64,000 nucleotides of DNA. It comes from a bacterium (GTDB taxonomy: Bacteria > Electryoneota > JAOADG01). Shown here in pieces: positions 52,001 to 63,908 of the stretch. Below the pieces are notes generated by a model. It did not search any database and had not been told where the DNA came from. It was given only the letters and a program-made list of their open reading frames with translations. Location of the stretch: positions 1,696,001 to 1,760,000 of the forward strand of contig OY820579.1 in NCBI GenBank assembly GCA_963681965.1. Direction: 5' to 3'. Position numbers and translations under genes: made by a program. Position 1 is the first letter of the stretch. Each line of letters starts with the position of its first letter.

Positions 52001-52830
52001 ATATCATAGGCGATTATCGCGACGATTTGCAGAATCTTGAAGTCGATGCGAAGAACGAAGTGCACCGAATTAAACTTGGCGATGAATTGCCGACCGGCAT
52101 TTTGCAACTGGCAAAGGTCCGGATCGCACAACGTCGCAAGATCAGTGTCGGCGATAAAATGGCAGGTCGCCACGGTAACAAAGGTGTGGTTGGAAAGATT
52201 GTTCCGATCGAAGATATGCCGTTCTTACCGGATGGCACCCCGATCGACATCGTGTTGAACCCACTCGGCGTACCTTCGCGTATGAATTTAGGTCAGATTT
52301 TCGAAACGGCACTCGGTTGGGTCGGTCTGAAGACTAGAACTCAATTCAAGACGCCGGTATTCGATGGTGCAACAATCACGCAAGTCGAAGATTTGTTGGA
52401 ACAGACGTTCGGTCAACGATCTTCGAAAGTTCACTTGCGCGACGGTCGCTCGGGCGAAGAGTTCGACCAGAAAGTCATGGTGGGTGTCATCTACATGATG
52501 AAACTCTCGCACCTGGTCGACGATAAGATTCACGCACGATCGATCGGTCCGTACAGCTTGATTACTCAACAACCGTTGGGTGGTAAAGCGCAATTCGGTG
52601 GTCAGCGCTTCGGTGAAATGGAAGTCTGGGCACTGGAAGCTTACGGCGCCGCGCATATTTTGCAAGAGATCATGACGGTGAAGTCCGATGACGTGATCGG
52701 TCGCTCGAAGATGTATGAGGCGATCGTAAAGGGTGTCGAAACACCAAAGCCGGGTATTCCCGAGTCGTTCGAAGTGTTGGTGAACGAATTGAACGGTCTC
52801 TGTCTTGATGTGGAGTTGACCAATGAATGA
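49048..52830 (+). CDS. rpoB: RNA polymerase beta subunit
   Basis: [37 protein letters not shown]; TTG start after GGAGG. Confidence 0.98.
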   Translation: MNKNKYDHRISFARIPELLQLPDLLEAQLKSFEEFLQADVPPAQRKQIGLQKIFLSIFPIMDNREESILEFVEYYIEPPKFTIDECKERAATYSSTLKIKLRLSTRDESSDGFGETIESDVYLGSIPLMTPAGTFIINGAERVVVSQLHRSPGVSFSETAHPNGTIIYSGRIIPFRGSWIEFATDINDCLYAYVDKRKKFPVTTLLRAIGFPEKIDIYKLFDLVEDLYVERELEYRKQHKQIAERHIAVDIGDTTTGELIAHESDSLTLELLHILEEKGIKKVQLFKSARDARRNLALEIIQNTFKKDKSHDRKTALEVIYRELRGSDPQDEASAEKNLARFFFDEKRYDLGSVGRYRLNKQLDLSIPIKTTVLTSDDMVKIVAKVLQLRLGQENTDDIDHLGNRRVRTVGEQLSNQFVVALSRMARTVKERMNIRDTEKLQPQDLVNVRTVSSVINTFFGTNQLSQFMDQVNPLTELTHKRRLSALGPGGLTRERAGFEVRDVHYSHYGRLCPIETPEGPNIGLISSLCTFARINDLGFIETPYRKVDNGNVSSHIDYLSADEEDRYLIAQANTPLDETGKITAERVQARYRGDFPVVKPSEVQYMDVAPHQMVSIAAALIPFLEHDDANRALMGSNMQRQAVPLLEPQVPIVGTGLEERAARDSRALVLAEHDGVVIDVDANSVTLEVAYQTRKGIQTKHHTYMLKKFRRTNQDTCINQRPRVAAGQIIKNGDVLADGPSTDFGELALGRNVLCAFMPWNGYNFEDSIIISERCLQDDVFTSIHIVEKELTVRETKRGQEELTAEIPNVSEESTKNLDENGIIRIGAQVLPNDILIGKVTPKGEMDLTPEDKLLKAIFGDKAGDVKDASLKAEAGLYGVVIGSDLFSRKKKDAAAKRDDKRRIDDIDEKKGHEQSLLKRSAEERLFEMLDGKVLKSIRAISGEIKITSGTKFSREILNQINIDDLDIDLPWSDDEDVNEAVQNIIGDYRDDLQNLEVDAKNEVHRIKLGDELPTGILQLAKVRIAQRRKISVGDKMAGRHGNKGVVGKIVPIEDMPFLPDGTPIDIVLNPLGVPSRMNLGQIFETALGWVGLKTRTQFKTPVFDGATITQVEDLLEQTFGQRSSKVHLRDGRSGEEFDQKVMVGVIYMMKLSHLVDDKIHARSIGPYSLITQQPLGGKAQFGGQRFGEMEVWALEAYGAAHILQEIMTVKSDDVIGRSKMYEAIVKGVETPKPGIPESFEVLVNELNGLCLDVELTNE

Positions 52831-55800
52831 AATCATCAACCCCCCGGTCGCACCGACTGAAGCACCGCTTCGGTTTGGAAAACCGATCGAAAAGGACAAA
52901 AAGGAACAGCAGACGGATTTCAAGAGCATTACCATTTCGCTCTTGTCGCCCGAAGCGATTCTAGAACGCTCGCACGGCGAAGTAACCAAACCGGAAACGA
53001 TTAATTACCGTTCCTACAAACCGGAAAAAGAGGGTTTGTTTTCGGAGAAGATTTTCGGTCCGACCAAGGACTGGGAATGCTCTTGCGGAAAGTATCGCGG
53101 GATGCGATACAACGGTATTACTTGCGATCGTTGCGGCGTCTTGGTTACGAAGAAAGACGTGCGGCGCAAGTGGTGCGGTCATATCGAATTGGCTGTGCCG
53201 GTTGTACACATTTGGTTTTTTAAATCCGGTCCATCGAAGATCGGGCATTTGCTGGGCATGACCGTTCGCGACCTCGAACGCGTCATTTACTACGAACAGT
53301 ATATCGTAATCAATCCCGGCAAATCCGGTTTGCGCGAACGCGAACTGGTCAATGAAAATCGGTACTATCAGATCTTGACCGAACTCGGCGAAGATCACGA
53401 AAAATTGGATGATGGCGATCACAACAAGTTCGTTGCGATGACCGGCGGTCAGGCAATTAAAGCGTTATTGTCGCGCGTCAATCTGAACACGCTGGGCGAC
53501 GAATTGCGCAAAGCGATGCAACTCGAAAGCAATCTGCAACGCAAGAACGACACGATCAAGCGATTGAAGATTGTCGAAGCATTCAAGCGCAATACCGAAA
53601 CGGTGAAGAACAATCCCGAATGGATGGTGCTTGACCGGATCCCGATTATTCCTCCGGATCTCCGTCCCTTAGTACCGCTCGAAGGTGGTCGTTTCGCCAC
53701 TTCGGATTTGAACGACTTGTATCGTCGGGTAATTATTCGCAACAACCGGTTGCGTCGGTTGATTGCGATTCGCGCACCCGATGTTATTCTCCGTAATGAG
53801 AAGCGAATGTTGCAGGAAGCAGTCGACAGCTTATTCGACAATGGTCGAAAAAATGTCGAAGTTCGCGGCGATAGTAATCGTCCGTTGAAATCGCTCTCCG
53901 ACAACCTCCGTGGCAAGTCCGGTCGGTTCCGTCAAAATTTGCTTGGAAAACGTGTCGACTATTCCGGTCGTTCCGTGATCGTTGTCGGTCCCGAACTGAA
54001 AATGCATCAGTGCGGTTTGCCGAAAGAATTGGCAGTGGAATTGTTCACGCCATTCGTGATTCGCAAATTGATCGAGCGCGAATACGTCAAGACGGTAAAA
54101 ACCGCCAAGCGTATGGTGCAACGACGTGAAGAAGCAGTTTGGGCAATCTTGGAAGAAATTATCCAAGATCACCCGATCATGCTGAATCGCGCACCGACCC
54201 TTCACCGTCTCGGTATTCAAGCGTTTCAACCGATCTTGATCGAAGGCAAAGCGATCCGATTGCACCCGTTAGTATGTGCGGCATTCAATGCCGACTTTGA
54301 CGGTGACCAGATGGCAGTTCACGTACCGCTCAGTTTCGAAGCGCAACTTGAAGCGCGTTTCTTAATGCTTGCCAGTGGCAACTTGTTGCACCCGGCAAAC
54401 GGACGACCTATTACCGTTCCGTCGCAGGATATGATTCTCGGTTGCTATTATCTGACCAAGAAACGTGTCGGCGTGCATGGTGAAGGACGATTCTTTGCCG
54501 ACGAAGACGATGTTATTATCGCGTTCGACAATAATGTCGTGCATCTCAATGCGCAAATATATCTGCGTCGCAGCAACGAATTTATCGATACCACTGTCGG
54601 TCGCGTAATCTTCAATCGAATTCTTCCCGAAGAAATTCGCGAGGTGAAGTATTTCAATTCGCTGCTAACCAAAGCCGAAATTCAGGACGTCATTCAAGAT
54701 TGTCACAATCGCGTCGGAACGTCGAAGACAGCATTGTTCCTCGACCGATTGAAGGAATTGGGCTTTAAATATTCAACTCGCGGCGGTCTCTCGGTATCGA
54801 TTTGGGATATCGAAATTCCCGCTGAAAAGCAACGTATCATCGATCTGGCGCAAGAAGAAGTAATCAAGTTGACCGAAACCTTCGAAGAAGGTTTGATCGG
54901 CGACACCGAACGGTACAACAACATCATCGATACGTGGACACACGCGACGAACGAAGTTGCCAAGAAGATGATGGATCACCTCGCGATGAGCGACCAGGGT
55001 TTCAATCCGGTATATATGATGGCGCATTCCGGTGCTCGTGGTTCGCGCGATCAGATCCGTCAGCTCGCAGGTATGCGCGGTTTGATGCAGAAACCGATGA
55101 AGACTGTTACCGGTGGTAAGGGTGAAATTATCGAGAACCCGATTATTTCGAACTTCCGCGAAGGTCTGTCGGTACTCGAGTATTTTATTTCCACGCACGG
55201 CGCTCGTAAAGGTCTTGCCGATACCGCATTGAAAACTGCCGACGCAGGATATTTGACTCGTCGTTTGGTCGACGTTGCGCAAGACGTAATTATTCGCATG
55301 GACGATTGCGGTACTGCCAACGGTATCGTTGTCGAAGCGTTAGAAGAGGGTCAGGAAGTCAGTGCGCAACTGTACGACAAGATTATCGGTCGTACATTAG
55401 CCGATCACGTTTACGATCCTACTTCGAATGAAATATTGGTTCCGGCACGAACGCTGATTTCCAGTCGTGAAGCCGAAGTGATTGCCCGTAGCGGTGTCGA
55501 GCGCGTGATGATTCGCAGTGTGTTGACCTGCGAAGCCGAATTCGGGGTGTGCCGATTCTGTTACGGTACTAACCTGACGACCGGTCGCATCGTCGATGTC
55601 GGCGAAGCGGTTGGTGTTATTGCGGCTCAGTCGATCGGTGAACCGGGTACGCAGTTGACACTTCGTACGTTCCACACTGGTGGTACCGTAGCTCGTCAGT
55701 CGGCGCAATCGGAAGTGTATGCGAAATCCGCCGGTCGAATTATTTTCGAAAATGTCGACTACGTCAAGCAGACTTCCGGTCGTATGATCGTGGTTCGACG

Positions 55801-57166
55801 AAACGGTTTGATCGTCTTGATTGACGAAAATAATCGTCAAATTTCGAAGCACAATGTTCCTTACGGTGCCGAACTGAAGGTCGAACACGATCAGGATGTT
55901 TCGATCAACGAGTTGTTGTTCGTTTGGGATCCATATTCGAAACCGATTCTTGCAACGAACGACGGGTATGTCCACTTCATCGATTTGAAGGAAGACATCA
56001 CCTTCAAGGAAATGACCGAAGAAACGACCAAGAAGCGTTATCGCGTCATTATCGAACCGCGCGACAAGAAACTGTCTCCGCACATCATTTTATTGGCGAC
56101 GAAAGGCGATCCGCAGACCCGTAAACAAGGTCAATACGTACTTCCAGTCGGCGCTCGAATGATGCGTGAAGAAGGGGATTACGTCGAAGCCGGAACCGAA
56201 TTGGCTCGTGTGACTCGTGAAGGTGTGAAAGCGAAGGACATCACCGGTGGTTTGCCCCGCGTTCAGGAATTGTTCGAAGCACGTCGCCCTCGCGATCCCT
56301 CGATCATTGCCGAAATCGACGGTATCGTACGATTCGGTCAGATTCGCCGTGGTGTTCGCGAAGTCTTGATTTCTTCACTCGCTACTAACGAAGAAAAGAA
56401 ATACATGCTTCCAGTGACCCGCGACTTGTTGGTGTTCGATGGCGATTTCGTTCGCGCTGGCGATCCTTTGACAGAAGGTCCGCGTTCACCGAGCGATATT
56501 TTGAAAGTGTTGGGACACGCCAAAGCCCGCGAATTTTTGGTTAACGAAATTCTTGCGGTGTATGCCGAACAAGGCGTGAAGATCAATCCGAAACACGTCG
56601 AAGTGATCGTGCGTCAGATGATGCAGAAAGTTCGCATTCTCGATCCGGGCGATACCGATTTCCTCGAAGGTGATTCGGTCAACCGTCAACGTTTCGATCG
56701 CATCAACAAGTCATTGACCGATATGTTGCTGGTCGAAGAAATTGGCGATTCGTCCTATGAACTGAGTGCCTTGACCAGCACCCGCGATTTACGTCGCGAG
56801 AATGCCCGGGTTAAGAAAGCTGGCGGAGTGGAAGCAGCGGCTCGTCCAGCCCGACCTGCACAGTGGGAACCGATCCTACTCGGAATCACTCAAGCAGCCT
56901 TGACGACGGAGTCCTTCCTCTCGGCGGCATCGTTCCAAGAGACGACGCGCGTATTAACCGATGCGGCGATCGAACGCAAGTGCGACAACCTCAATGGGTT
57001 GAAGGAAAACATTATAATGGGTCACATTATTCCTGCTGGTACTGGACTTGCTAAGTTCAAGCAAATTCAGGTGAAAAACCAGGAGAACGAGTGGATGCCC
57101 ATCGTCGAAACGACGGAAGAGTTTGAAGAAATTACGACCGGTCCGGGCGAGATCGAACCGGTCTAG
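52823..57166 (+). CDS. rpoC: RNA polymerase beta' subunit
   Basis: NADFDGDQM, zinc-finger cysteines, [11 protein letters not shown]. Confidence 0.98.
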   Translation: MNEIINPPVAPTEAPLRFGKPIEKDKKEQQTDFKSITISLLSPEAILERSHGEVTKPETINYRSYKPEKEGLFSEKIFGPTKDWECSCGKYRGMRYNGITCDRCGVLVTKKDVRRKWCGHIELAVPVVHIWFFKSGPSKIGHLLGMTVRDLERVIYYEQYIVINPGKSGLRERELVNENRYYQILTELGEDHEKLDDGDHNKFVAMTGGQAIKALLSRVNLNTLGDELRKAMQLESNLQRKNDTIKRLKIVEAFKRNTETVKNNPEWMVLDRIPIIPPDLRPLVPLEGGRFATSDLNDLYRRVIIRNNRLRRLIAIRAPDVILRNEKRMLQEAVDSLFDNGRKNVEVRGDSNRPLKSLSDNLRGKSGRFRQNLLGKRVDYSGRSVIVVGPELKMHQCGLPKELAVELFTPFVIRKLIEREYVKTVKTAKRMVQRREEAVWAILEEIIQDHPIMLNRAPTLHRLGIQAFQPILIEGKAIRLHPLVCAAFNADFDGDQMAVHVPLSFEAQLEARFLMLASGNLLHPANGRPITVPSQDMILGCYYLTKKRVGVHGEGRFFADEDDVIIAFDNNVVHLNAQIYLRRSNEFIDTTVGRVIFNRILPEEIREVKYFNSLLTKAEIQDVIQDCHNRVGTSKTALFLDRLKELGFKYSTRGGLSVSIWDIEIPAEKQRIIDLAQEEVIKLTETFEEGLIGDTERYNNIIDTWTHATNEVAKKMMDHLAMSDQGFNPVYMMAHSGARGSRDQIRQLAGMRGLMQKPMKTVTGGKGEIIENPIISNFREGLSVLEYFISTHGARKGLADTALKTADAGYLTRRLVDVAQDVIIRMDDCGTANGIVVEALEEGQEVSAQLYDKIIGRTLADHVYDPTSNEILVPARTLISSREAEVIARSGVERVMIRSVLTCEAEFGVCRFCYGTNLTTGRIVDVGEAVGVIAAQSIGEPGTQLTLRTFHTGGTVARQSAQSEVYAKSAGRIIFENVDYVKQTSGRMIVVRRNGLIVLIDENNRQISKHNVPYGAELKVEHDQDVSINELLFVWDPYSKPILATNDGYVHFIDLKEDITFKEMTEETTKKRYRVIIEPRDKKLSPHIILLATKGDPQTRKQGQYVLPVGARMMREEGDYVEAGTELARVTREGVKAKDITGGLPRVQELFEARRPRDPSIIAEIDGIVRFGQIRRGVREVLISSLATNEEKKYMLPVTRDLLVFDGDFVRAGDPLTEGPRSPSDILKVLGHAKAREFLVNEILAVYAEQGVKINPKHVEVIVRQMMQKVRILDPGDTDFLEGDSVNRQRFDRINKSLTDMLLVEEIGDSSYELSALTSTRDLRRENARVKKAGGVEAAARPARPAQWEPILLGITQAALTTESFLSAASFQETTRVLTDAAIERKCDNLNGLKENIIMGHIIPAGTGLAKFKQIQVKNQENEWMPIVETTEEFEEITTGPGEIEPV

Positions 57167-57222
57167 TTTCACGTATTGTTTTGGATAATTTTATCCTCTT
57201 GAATACTCGATGAGACGCTTTC

Positions 57223-57251
57223 TTGACTCATTGGGTATCCAGTAGTATATT
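57223..57251 (+). promoter_or_regulatory. sigma70 promoter of the str operon
   Basis: TTGACT-17 nt-TATATT. Confidence 0.65.
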
Positions 57252-57276
57252 GATTGGCTTTGATTTTGGAGGTTTT

Positions 57277-57678
57277 GTGCCTACGATTAACCAGCTCGTG
57301 CGAGCGGGGCGAGAGCGGATACTAAAAAAAACCACCGCTCCGGCGCTAAAAAATTGCCCGCAGAAGCGCGGGGTCTGCACCCGAGTCTATACGACTACGC
57401 CGAAAAAGCCGAATTCGGCTCTGCGTAAAGTAGCTCGTGTTCGTTTGTCTACGGGAATGGAAGTGACGGCATACATCCCGGGTGAAGGTCACAATTTGCA
57501 AGAACATAGCATTGTGATGATTCGCGGTGGTCGTGTGAAAGATCTTCCCGGTGTGCGATACCACATCATTCGTGGCAAGCTCGACTCTTCCGGTGTGGAG
57601 AAACGACGTCAAGGCAGATCCAAGTACGGTGCAAAACGACCGAAGGCAGGAGCTGCTGCCCCGGCGAAAAAGAAGTAA
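57277..57678 (+). CDS. rpsL: 30S ribosomal protein S12
   Basis: [25 protein letters not shown]; GTG start after GGAGG. Confidence 0.97.
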   Translation: MPTINQLVRAGRERILKKTTAPALKNCPQKRGVCTRVYTTTPKKPNSALRKVARVRLSTGMEVTAYIPGEGHNLQEHSIVMIRGGRVKDLPGVRYHIIRGKLDSSGVEKRRQGRSKYGAKRPKAGAAAPAKKK

Positions 57679-57699
57679 GCGAAGCGGAAAGATTTATAC

Positions 57700-58170
57700 A
57701 TGGCACGGCGTAAACGAATTCAGAAGCGCGACATTTTACCCGATCCCAAATTCGGCAGTGTGTTGATTTCGAAATTCATCAACAATCTGATGCAGCGCGG
57801 AAAAAAGTCGATTGCTGAGACAATTTTTTACGATGCGATCGACATGATTAAAGACAAGGCAAAGACCGACGGTACCGAAGTGTTCGAAAAAGCACTGAAG
57901 AATGTCGGACCACTGCTGGAAGTCAAATCCCGCCGCGTTGGCGGTGCAACGTATCAGGTACCGATCGAAGTCAGTACCGAACGTCGCGAAGCATTGGCGA
58001 TGCGCTGGTTGATCAATTCATCCCGCGCTCGTGGCGAAAAAACGATGGCCGAGCGTTTGTCAAGTGAATTCATGGCAGCATCGCGCGGTGAAGGAAATGC
58101 GATCAAGAAACGCGACGATACGCACAAGATGGCTGAAGCCAATCGCGCCTTCGCACATTTCCGCTGGTAA
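57700..58170 (+). CDS. rpsG: 30S ribosomal protein S7
   Basis: [26 protein letters not shown]. Confidence 0.97.
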   Translation: MARRKRIQKRDILPDPKFGSVLISKFINNLMQRGKKSIAETIFYDAIDMIKDKAKTDGTEVFEKALKNVGPLLEVKSRRVGGATYQVPIEVSTERREALAMRWLINSSRARGEKTMAERLSSEFMAASRGEGNAIKKRDDTHKMAEANRAFAHFRW

Positions 58171-58323
58171 TAATTAATTCGTTTGGAAGTAATCAATCTG
58201 TATTATGTATTAGGTTGTGCTTCTTATTGATAAGGCGTAAGAAGCCACACCTTTTTTTGTCTTTGCGAGCACCTCGCAGGATGATGAAGGAAGAAACTCA
58301 AAGAGGTTGCTCGAGTAAGTATT

Positions 58324-60402
58324 ATGGGTCAATTAGAACGTTTATCCCGAATCCGCAATATCGGTATCATGGCGCACATCGATGCCGGTAAAACCACCAC
58401 CACCGAGCGGATTTTGTATTATACCGGGAAGATCCATAAGATGGGCGAAGTCCACGAGGGCGCCGCGGTGATGGATTGGATGGAGCAGGAAAAAGAGCGC
58501 GGTATCACGATTACCTCCGCTGCAACTACCTGCTACTGGCGCGACCATCGGATCAATATTATCGATACCCCGGGTCACGTCGATTTCACTGCCGAAGTGG
58601 AACGCTCTTTGAGAGTTTTGGATGGCGCAGTGGCAGTGTTCTGCGCGGTTGGCGGAGTGGAACCGCAATCCGAAACGGTCTGGCGACAAGCGACGAAATA
58701 TTCCGTTCCGCGAATCGCATATATCAATAAAATGGATCGCGTCGGTGCCGATTTTTATCACGTGATCCAGATGATGCGGGATCGTTTGGGTGCAGTGCCC
58801 ATTCCGATCCAACTACCGGTCGGACAAGGCGAACTTTTCACTTCGATGATCGATCTGATCAAGATGAAATCGATGGTGTTCGGTGAAAGCACGTTGGGCA
58901 AGGGTTGGGAGTATATGGAAATTCCCAGTTCGTTTAAACAGCAAGCCCACGATGCACGCGAACAGATGATCGAGGCAATCAGTGATTACGACGATCAGTT
59001 GATGGAAAAATTCCTGGCGGACGAAGAAATTCCCGAAGAGGAATTGCTTGCAGCCCTACGGAAAGCAACCATCGATGCGAAGATCACACCGGTTGTATGC
59101 GGTTCGAGCTTCAAGAATAAAGGCGTGCAACCGCTTCTTGATGCCGTGATCGATTTACTTCCTTCACCGGAAGATTTACCACCGGTGATCGGACACGAAC
59201 CCGACAGTGAAGATCAAATTGCTCGACGAGCCGATTACAACGAACCGTTCAGCGCGTTAGCATTCAAGGTTCAGACCGATCCATACGTTGGAAAATTGAC
59301 TTACGTCCGGGTTTATTCCGGTAAGTTGGCGGCGGGTTCCTATATTTACAACCCGGTTGCGCGACGGAAAGAACGGGTTAGTCGACTCCTTCATATGTTT
59401 GCGAACAAGCGCGAAGATATCGATGAAATTGCTGCCGGTAATATTTGTGCATTTGTTGGCTTGAAAGAAACCCGAACCGGGGACACGCTGTGCGAAGAAC
59501 AGCATCAAGTGATTTTGGAACGAATGACGTTCCCGGTACCGGTGGTTCAGTTGGCAATCGAGCCGCGGACCAAAGCCGATCAGGATAATTTGTCGGTTGC
59601 GTTGAATAAGCTTTCGGACGAAGATCCGACGTTTCAAGTAAAATTCAACGAAGAAACTGCACAAACCACGATCGCCGGCATGGGTGAATTGCATCTTGAA
59701 ATTCTAGTCGATCGCATGAAGCGCGAATTCGGTGTCGATGCGAATGTCGGAAAGCCGATGGTAGCGTATCAGGAATCGATCACTCGGAAGGCAATGGTCA
59801 ACCACAAATATGCCAAGCAGACGGGTGGTCGCGGTCAATTTGCACAAGTTGAAATCACGATCGAACCGGCAGAACGTGGAAAAGGTTACCACTTCGAATC
59901 GAAGATTATTGGCGGAGTGATACCGAAGGAATATATCCCGGCAATCAATCAGGGTTGTCGTGATGCCATGAAAACCGGTGTTCTTGCCGGTTATCCGATG
60001 GACGATGTAACTGTAACGTTGTTGGATGGTAGTTACCACGAAGTCGATTCGAACGAAATGGCATTTCGTATTTGCGGATCGATGGCGTTTCGGGAAGCAG
60101 CTCAAAAAGCCGGACCGCAACTGATGGAACCGGTAATGTCGCTGGAAGTGATTACCCCGGAAGACTATCTTGGCGATGTTATGGGAAATTTAAATCAGCG
60201 CCGGGCACGGATTTTGGGAATTAATCCTCGAAGCGACGCGCAAACGATCAATGCGATCGTACCGTTGGCGGAAATGTTTGGATACGCCACCATGCTTCGA
60301 TCGATGACTCAGGGACGCGCAATCTTTTCGATGCAGTTCGATCATTACGAACCAGCGCCCAAGGCAGTAACAGAAAAAGTTTTAAAGGATATCAACGGCT
60401 GA
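58324..60402 (+). CDS. fusA: Elongation factor G
   Basis: [24 protein letters not shown]. Confidence 0.97.
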   Translation: MGQLERLSRIRNIGIMAHIDAGKTTTTERILYYTGKIHKMGEVHEGAAVMDWMEQEKERGITITSAATTCYWRDHRINIIDTPGHVDFTAEVERSLRVLDGAVAVFCAVGGVEPQSETVWRQATKYSVPRIAYINKMDRVGADFYHVIQMMRDRLGAVPIPIQLPVGQGELFTSMIDLIKMKSMVFGESTLGKGWEYMEIPSSFKQQAHDAREQMIEAISDYDDQLMEKFLADEEIPEEELLAALRKATIDAKITPVVCGSSFKNKGVQPLLDAVIDLLPSPEDLPPVIGHEPDSEDQIARRADYNEPFSALAFKVQTDPYVGKLTYVRVYSGKLAAGSYIYNPVARRKERVSRLLHMFANKREDIDEIAAGNICAFVGLKETRTGDTLCEEQHQVILERMTFPVPVVQLAIEPRTKADQDNLSVALNKLSDEDPTFQVKFNEETAQTTIAGMGELHLEILVDRMKREFGVDANVGKPMVAYQESITRKAMVNHKYAKQTGGRGQFAQVEITIEPAERGKGYHFESKIIGGVIPKEYIPAINQGCRDAMKTGVLAGYPMDDVTVTLLDGSYHEVDSNEMAFRICGSMAFREAAQKAGPQLMEPVMSLEVITPEDYLGDVMGNLNQRRARILGINPRSDAQTINAIVPLAEMFGYATMLRSMTQGRAIFSMQFDHYEPAPKAVTEKVLKDING

Positions 60403-60432
60403 CCAGTTCAGCTTTAAGCGAGGAAGACAGAA

Positions 60433-61623
60433 ATGGCGAAAGCGAAATTTGATCGTACAAAACCGCACGTCAATATCGGGACGATCGGTCACGTTGATCA
60501 CGGTAAGACGACGTTAACGGCAGCGATCACATTGGTTTTGAGTCATCAGGGTTTGGCACAATTCCGTTCTTTCGATTCGATCGACAATGCCCCGGAAGAA
60601 AAAGCCCGTGGTATCACGATTGCGACTGCTCACATCGAGTACGAAACGAAGAATCGTCATTATGCTCACGTTGACTGCCCGGGTCACGCCGACTATGTAA
60701 AGAACATGGTTACCGGTGCCGCTCAGATGGACGGTGCGATTATTGTTGTCGCTGCTACCGACGGTCCGATGCCGCAAACTCGCGAACACATTTTGCTCGC
60801 CCGTCAGGTCGGTGTCCCGTTTCTAATCGTTTTCATGAACAAGTGCGATGCGGTCGACGATCCGGAAATTTTGGACTTGGTCGAATTGGAAATGCGCGAA
60901 TTGTTGAGCCAGTACCAATTCCCGGGCGACGAGATTCCGGTGATTCGCGGTAGCGCTCTTGATGCTTTGAACTATCCCGACGATCCGGAAAAGAACAAAT
61001 GCGTTTTGGAACTGATGGAAGCCTGCGACAGCTATATTCCGCTCCCGCAACGTGCAACGGATCTTCCGTTCCTTATGCCGGTTGAAGACGTATTCTCGAT
61101 TACCGGTCGCGGTACTGTTGCTACCGGTCGTATCGAACGCGGTATTGTTAAGGTTGGCGAAACTTTGGAACTGATCGGTTTGGGCGCCCACAAGGATACG
61201 GTCTGTACCGGTGTTGAAATGTTCCGCAAACTGTTGGATCAGGGTCAAGCTGGTGACAACGTAGGTTGCTTGCTTCGCGGTGTGGACAAGAACGAAATCG
61301 AACGCGGTATGGTTTTGGCGAAGCCGAAATCGATTACTCCTCACACGAAGTTCGAAGCCGAAGTTTACGTCTTGTCGAAAGAAGAAGGTGGTCGTCATAC
61401 CCCGTTCTTCAACGGCTATCGTCCGCAGTTCTACTTCCGCACGACTGATGTTACCGGTGCCGTGGACCTTCCCGAAGGTATGGAAATGGTCCTTCCGGGT
61501 GACAAAGTGAGTGTGGTTGTTACGTTAATCACTCCGATCGCGATGGAAGAGAAACTTAAATTCGCAATTCGCGAAGGCGGCCGCACCGTCGGTGCCGGTT
61601 TCGTAACAAAGATTTTAGAGTAA
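60433..61623 (+). CDS. tuf: Elongation factor Tu, copy 2
   Basis: Near-identical to 44398-45588, with one amino-acid difference. Confidence 0.98.
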   Translation: MAKAKFDRTKPHVNIGTIGHVDHGKTTLTAAITLVLSHQGLAQFRSFDSIDNAPEEKARGITIATAHIEYETKNRHYAHVDCPGHADYVKNMVTGAAQMDGAIIVVAATDGPMPQTREHILLARQVGVPFLIVFMNKCDAVDDPEILDLVELEMRELLSQYQFPGDEIPVIRGSALDALNYPDDPEKNKCVLELMEACDSYIPLPQRATDLPFLMPVEDVFSITGRGTVATGRIERGIVKVGETLELIGLGAHKDTVCTGVEMFRKLLDQGQAGDNVGCLLRGVDKNEIERGMVLAKPKSITPHTKFEAEVYVLSKEEGGRHTPFFNGYRPQFYFRTTDVTGAVDLPEGMEMVLPGDKVSVVVTLITPIAMEEKLKFAIREGGRTVGAGFVTKILE

Positions 61624-61630
61624 GAGACTT

Positions 61631-61658
61631 TGGGATGCAGGTTCACTCCTGCATCCCA
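61631..61658 (+). terminator. Hairpin after tuf copy 2 (possible terminator or stabiliser)
   Basis: tgggatgcagg/cctgcatccca stem with only a weak T tail. Confidence 0.45.
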
Positions 61659-61798
61659 TTCTCATGTAGCTTGACTTGCTACTGAATTGAAATTGTTGAG
61701 GTCGATGCGGAACTTCGGTTCCAAGTCGAGTACTAAAAGTTGCGGCATGCACGAAACATCGATGCTTCGAAGCGTGTACCAACAATAATCGAGATAGA

Positions 61799-62107
61799 AT
61801 GATGTCGGGATCGATTCGTATCAGATTGAAGGCGTATGATCATAACTTGATCGACAAGAGCGCCGAGAAAATCGTGAAGACCGTTCGCGCTACCGGCGCG
61901 GACATCGCCGGTCCGATCCTGCTGCCGACCAAGCGGCGGGTAGTCACGGTGAACCGGTCTCCGCACAGCGACAAAAAGTCGCGCGAACAATTCGAAACGC
62001 GGATCCACAAGCGGTTGCTCGATATTCGCAACTCATCGAACCGAACGGTTGATGCGTTGATGAAGTTGGAACTTCCCGCTGGTGTGGATATCGAAATCAA
62101 GACGTGA
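61799..62107 (+). CDS. rpsJ: 30S ribosomal protein S10
   Basis: [26 protein letters not shown]. Confidence 0.97.
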   Translation: MMSGSIRIRLKAYDHNLIDKSAEKIVKTVRATGADIAGPILLPTKRRVVTVNRSPHSDKKSREQFETRIHKRLLDIRNSSNRTVDALMKLELPAGVDIEIKT

Positions 62108-62196
62108 TCCAATCGGTTTGAGTAAAGATTAGTTGCGTCTGACGTTCCAATGCTAACGCTTTGCGTTTGGTATGAACTGTAAGGAAACAGGAAACA

Positions 62197-62823
62197 ATGT
62201 CCGGTATAATTGGTAAGAAATTAGGTATGGTCACGATCTTCTCCGCAAAGGGAGACGCGATTGCCGGCACGGTAATCGAAGCGGGACCATGCGTTGTAAC
62301 GGCAGTGCGCTCGAAAGAGAAGCACGGTTACGATGCCGTTCAATTCGGCTTTGGCGAAGTGAAAGAAAAACACTTGACCAAACCTGAAATTGGACAATTC
62401 AAGAAAATCGGTCAGGAAATTAAGCGGGTCACCCGCGAATTTCGCGGCATCAACGACATGAAAGTCGGCGATGTGCGCACGGTCGAGTTTTTTTACATCG
62501 GCGAAAAAGTTAAAATCGCCGGTATTTCCAAAGGTCGTGGTTTTGCAGGATCGATCAAGCGCCACAATTTTCAACGACCGAATCAATCGCATGGAACGCA
62601 CGAATCGTTCCGCGGTACCGGTTCGATCGGCGCGCACAGCTATCCAGCCCGTGTCTTTCCCGGCAAAAAATTTCCCGGTCATCTCGGTGACGAACGAATT
62701 ACGATCAAGAATGTGACGGTAGCAGCCATTGACGCGGAACGCAACTTAATCGTTGTTCACGGCGCGGTTCCCGGCGCACCCGGCGGTATTGTCGAGCTGC
62801 GGAAAATGGGAGGTGTCAAGTGA
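62197..62823 (+). CDS. rplC: 50S ribosomal protein L3
   Basis: GKKLGM, SKGRGFAG, GAVPG. Confidence 0.97.
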   Translation: MSGIIGKKLGMVTIFSAKGDAIAGTVIEAGPCVVTAVRSKEKHGYDAVQFGFGEVKEKHLTKPEIGQFKKIGQEIKRVTREFRGINDMKVGDVRTVEFFYIGEKVKIAGISKGRGFAGSIKRHNFQRPNQSHGTHESFRGTGSIGAHSYPARVFPGKKFPGHLGDERITIKNVTVAAIDAERNLIVVHGAVPGAPGGIVELRKMGGVK

Positions 62824-63473
62824 AGGTTCCCGTATTGAATCGCGAAGGCAATTCGACCGGTCGAGAAGTAGATTTACCCGACGATATTTTCGGGATTGTA
62901 CCGAACGAACACGTATTGTGGTTGGCGGCGAAAGTGTATCAGAGCAATGCTCGTCAGGGTACACACGCGCACAAGAATCGCTCCGAAGTTCGAGGCGGCG
63001 GCAGGAAACCGTTCAAGCAGAAAGGTACCGGTCGTGCCCGTCAAGGTACTTCACGCTCGCCGATTATGCGTGGCGGTGGTACGGTTTTCGGTCCGGAACC
63101 GCACTCCTATCGATTGGAAATGCCGCTGAAAGTTCGACGTCTCGCGAAGAAGAGCGCACTCAGCGCTAAAGCCCAGGATTTGAAGGTCATCGTGGTCGAG
63201 GATTTTACCCTCGGTGCACCGAAGACCAGTGATATGGCGAAGATCGTCGATAAGTTACTCCCGGGTAAACCGGAAGCTGGTAAACCGGCAACCTCGGCAC
63301 TGTTGTTGACGAAAGGTTACGAACCGAATTTGTTGAAGTCCTGCCGGAATATTCCCCGGTTGCACATTGAACAAGCAACGGTCGCATCTGCGTTCGACAT
63401 TCTCCGCAGCCGTGTTGTGATTTTACAGGAAGGCGCCGTAGCGCCGTTGACGGAGGTGCTGAACCGTGGTTGA
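62820..63473 (+). CDS. rplD: 50S ribosomal protein L4
   Basis: KPFKQKGTGRARQG, RGGGTVFGP. Confidence 0.97.
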   Translation: MKVPVLNREGNSTGREVDLPDDIFGIVPNEHVLWLAAKVYQSNARQGTHAHKNRSEVRGGGRKPFKQKGTGRARQGTSRSPIMRGGGTVFGPEPHSYRLEMPLKVRRLAKKSALSAKAQDLKVIVVEDFTLGAPKTSDMAKIVDKLLPGKPEAGKPATSALLLTKGYEPNLLKSCRNIPRLHIEQATVASAFDILRSRVVILQEGAVAPLTEVLNRG

Positions 63474-63765
63474 TTTAAGTGTTTTGCGCCGTCCGCTGAT
63501 TACCGAAAAAATGAGCGCGTTGGCAGGTACCGAAGAGAATCGCTGTCATCAATATGCGTTCGAGGTAACTCCTCACGCCAACAAGATTCAGATCAAATCG
63601 GCGGTTGAGCAGAAATTCAGTGTAAAAGTTATCTCCATTCGTACGGTAACTACCCTCGGCAAAATGCGCCGATACGGTCGGTTCCTCGGCAAACGCCCCG
63701 ACTGGAAAAAAGCGATCGTGACGTTGGAGAAGGGGCAAACAATCGCCCTATTCGAACACGCTTAA
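63466..63765 (+). CDS. rplW: 50S ribosomal protein L23
   Basis: PLITEK, ANKIQIK, WKKAIVTL. Confidence 0.96.
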   Translation: MVDLSVLRRPLITEKMSALAGTEENRCHQYAFEVTPHANKIQIKSAVEQKFSVKVISIRTVTTLGKMRRYGRFLGKRPDWKKAIVTLEKGQTIALFEHA

Positions 63766-63908
63766 TTGATCGAAGCGGGACAAAGTTCCCCGATCGACTG
63801 CGGATTTTTCCGCAAACTAGTATTCGTTTATCGCGTGTTCGTCGATAAGTAAATCGTGCCCGCAAAGCCGCACCTCGCGGCAGGTAAGGGCGAAAGGAAG
63901 TTCCGACA

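Noticed and set aside
44479-63865. Long antisense ORFs over tuf, rplL, rpoBC and fusA (e.g. 48268-49071, 52288-52989, 55397-56083)
   Set aside because: Shadow frames produced by the codon bias of highly expressed genes; no protein motifs
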